Origin: a virus
Strand: one strand, 5' to 3'
Virus record (IMG/VR): IMGVR_UViG_3300029240_000049
DNA: 12,306 nt
The notes under the pieces are model-generated. The model was not told the DNA's origin and made no database searches. It saw only the letters and a list, made by a program, of their open reading frames with translations. Of this stretch, positions 12,271 through 12,306 are shown one piece after another (position 1 is the stretch's first letter; each line of letters begins with the position of its first letter). The translations under genes and the position numbers were made by a program.

Positions 12271-12306
12271 GGGGAGACACGTGTCCGTCAGTCACGGATA
12301 TGTTAC
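12212..12306. repeat. Right inverted terminal repeat (ITR-R)
   Basis: Reverse complement of 1-95 (92/95 identical by manual base-by-base comparison; the terminal 78 bp are perfect). Confidence 0.97.

Larger units (their letters stand above)
1..12306. mobile_element. Apparently complete linear dsDNA genome of a small phi29-like (protein-primed) podophage
   Basis: The window begins and ends exactly with an inverted terminal repeat. It encodes a protein-primed-type PolB, a phi29-like packaging ATPase, capsid, tail knob, portal, holin and endolysin. All genes are on the + strand with AGGAGG-type RBSs and stop/start overlaps. No integrase or repressor is recognisable. Confidence 0.85.

Overview
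The 12,306-bp window appears to be one complete, linear, protein-primed phage genome. No searches or alignments were run: family assignments rest on motifs I read in the supplied translations and on recalled reference sequences (phi29 gp2, gp3, gp8, gp9, gp10, gp16; SpoVG; SSB tails; BhlA/UviB; CwlC).

Architecture:
- It starts and ends with a 95-bp inverted terminal repeat, the first 78 bp perfect. Each repeat carries 24-bp phased copies of a GGTGGACAC motif.
- All credible genes are on the + strand. They are tightly packed, with AGGAGG-type ribosome-binding sites and stop/start overlaps, which suggests a Bacillota-type host.

Gene order, left to right:
- two small early proteins
- a divergent C5-methyltransferase-like protein
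- a candidate terminal protein
- two mini-ORFs
- a family B DNA polymerase with the full Exo I/II and Pol A/B/C motif set
- a chimeric SpoVG-like protein
- a phi29 gp16-like packaging ATPase
- a near-consensus sigma-A promoter followed by a GC-rich structured RNA element
- a BhlA-type holin and an Amidase_3 endolysin with a short SPOR-like tail
- a Pro/Ala-rich scaffold candidate
- a gp8-like major capsid, a gp9-like tail knob and a gp10-like portal
- a small collar/adaptor candidate
- a tail fibre with a papain-like hydrolase module

I saw no tRNA, rRNA, CRISPR array, integrase or repressor.

Most worth following up:
- the (KST)x9 + SpoVG-like core + SSB-type acidic tail (DDLPF) protein next to the polymerase
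- the 12-bp-stem, three-way-junction-like RNA at the predicted 5' end of the late transcript, directly downstream of the packaging ATPase gene (possible pRNA analogue or mRNA stabiliser)
- the phased terminal repeats as origin architecture
- the very small, single-strand gene layout compared with phi29
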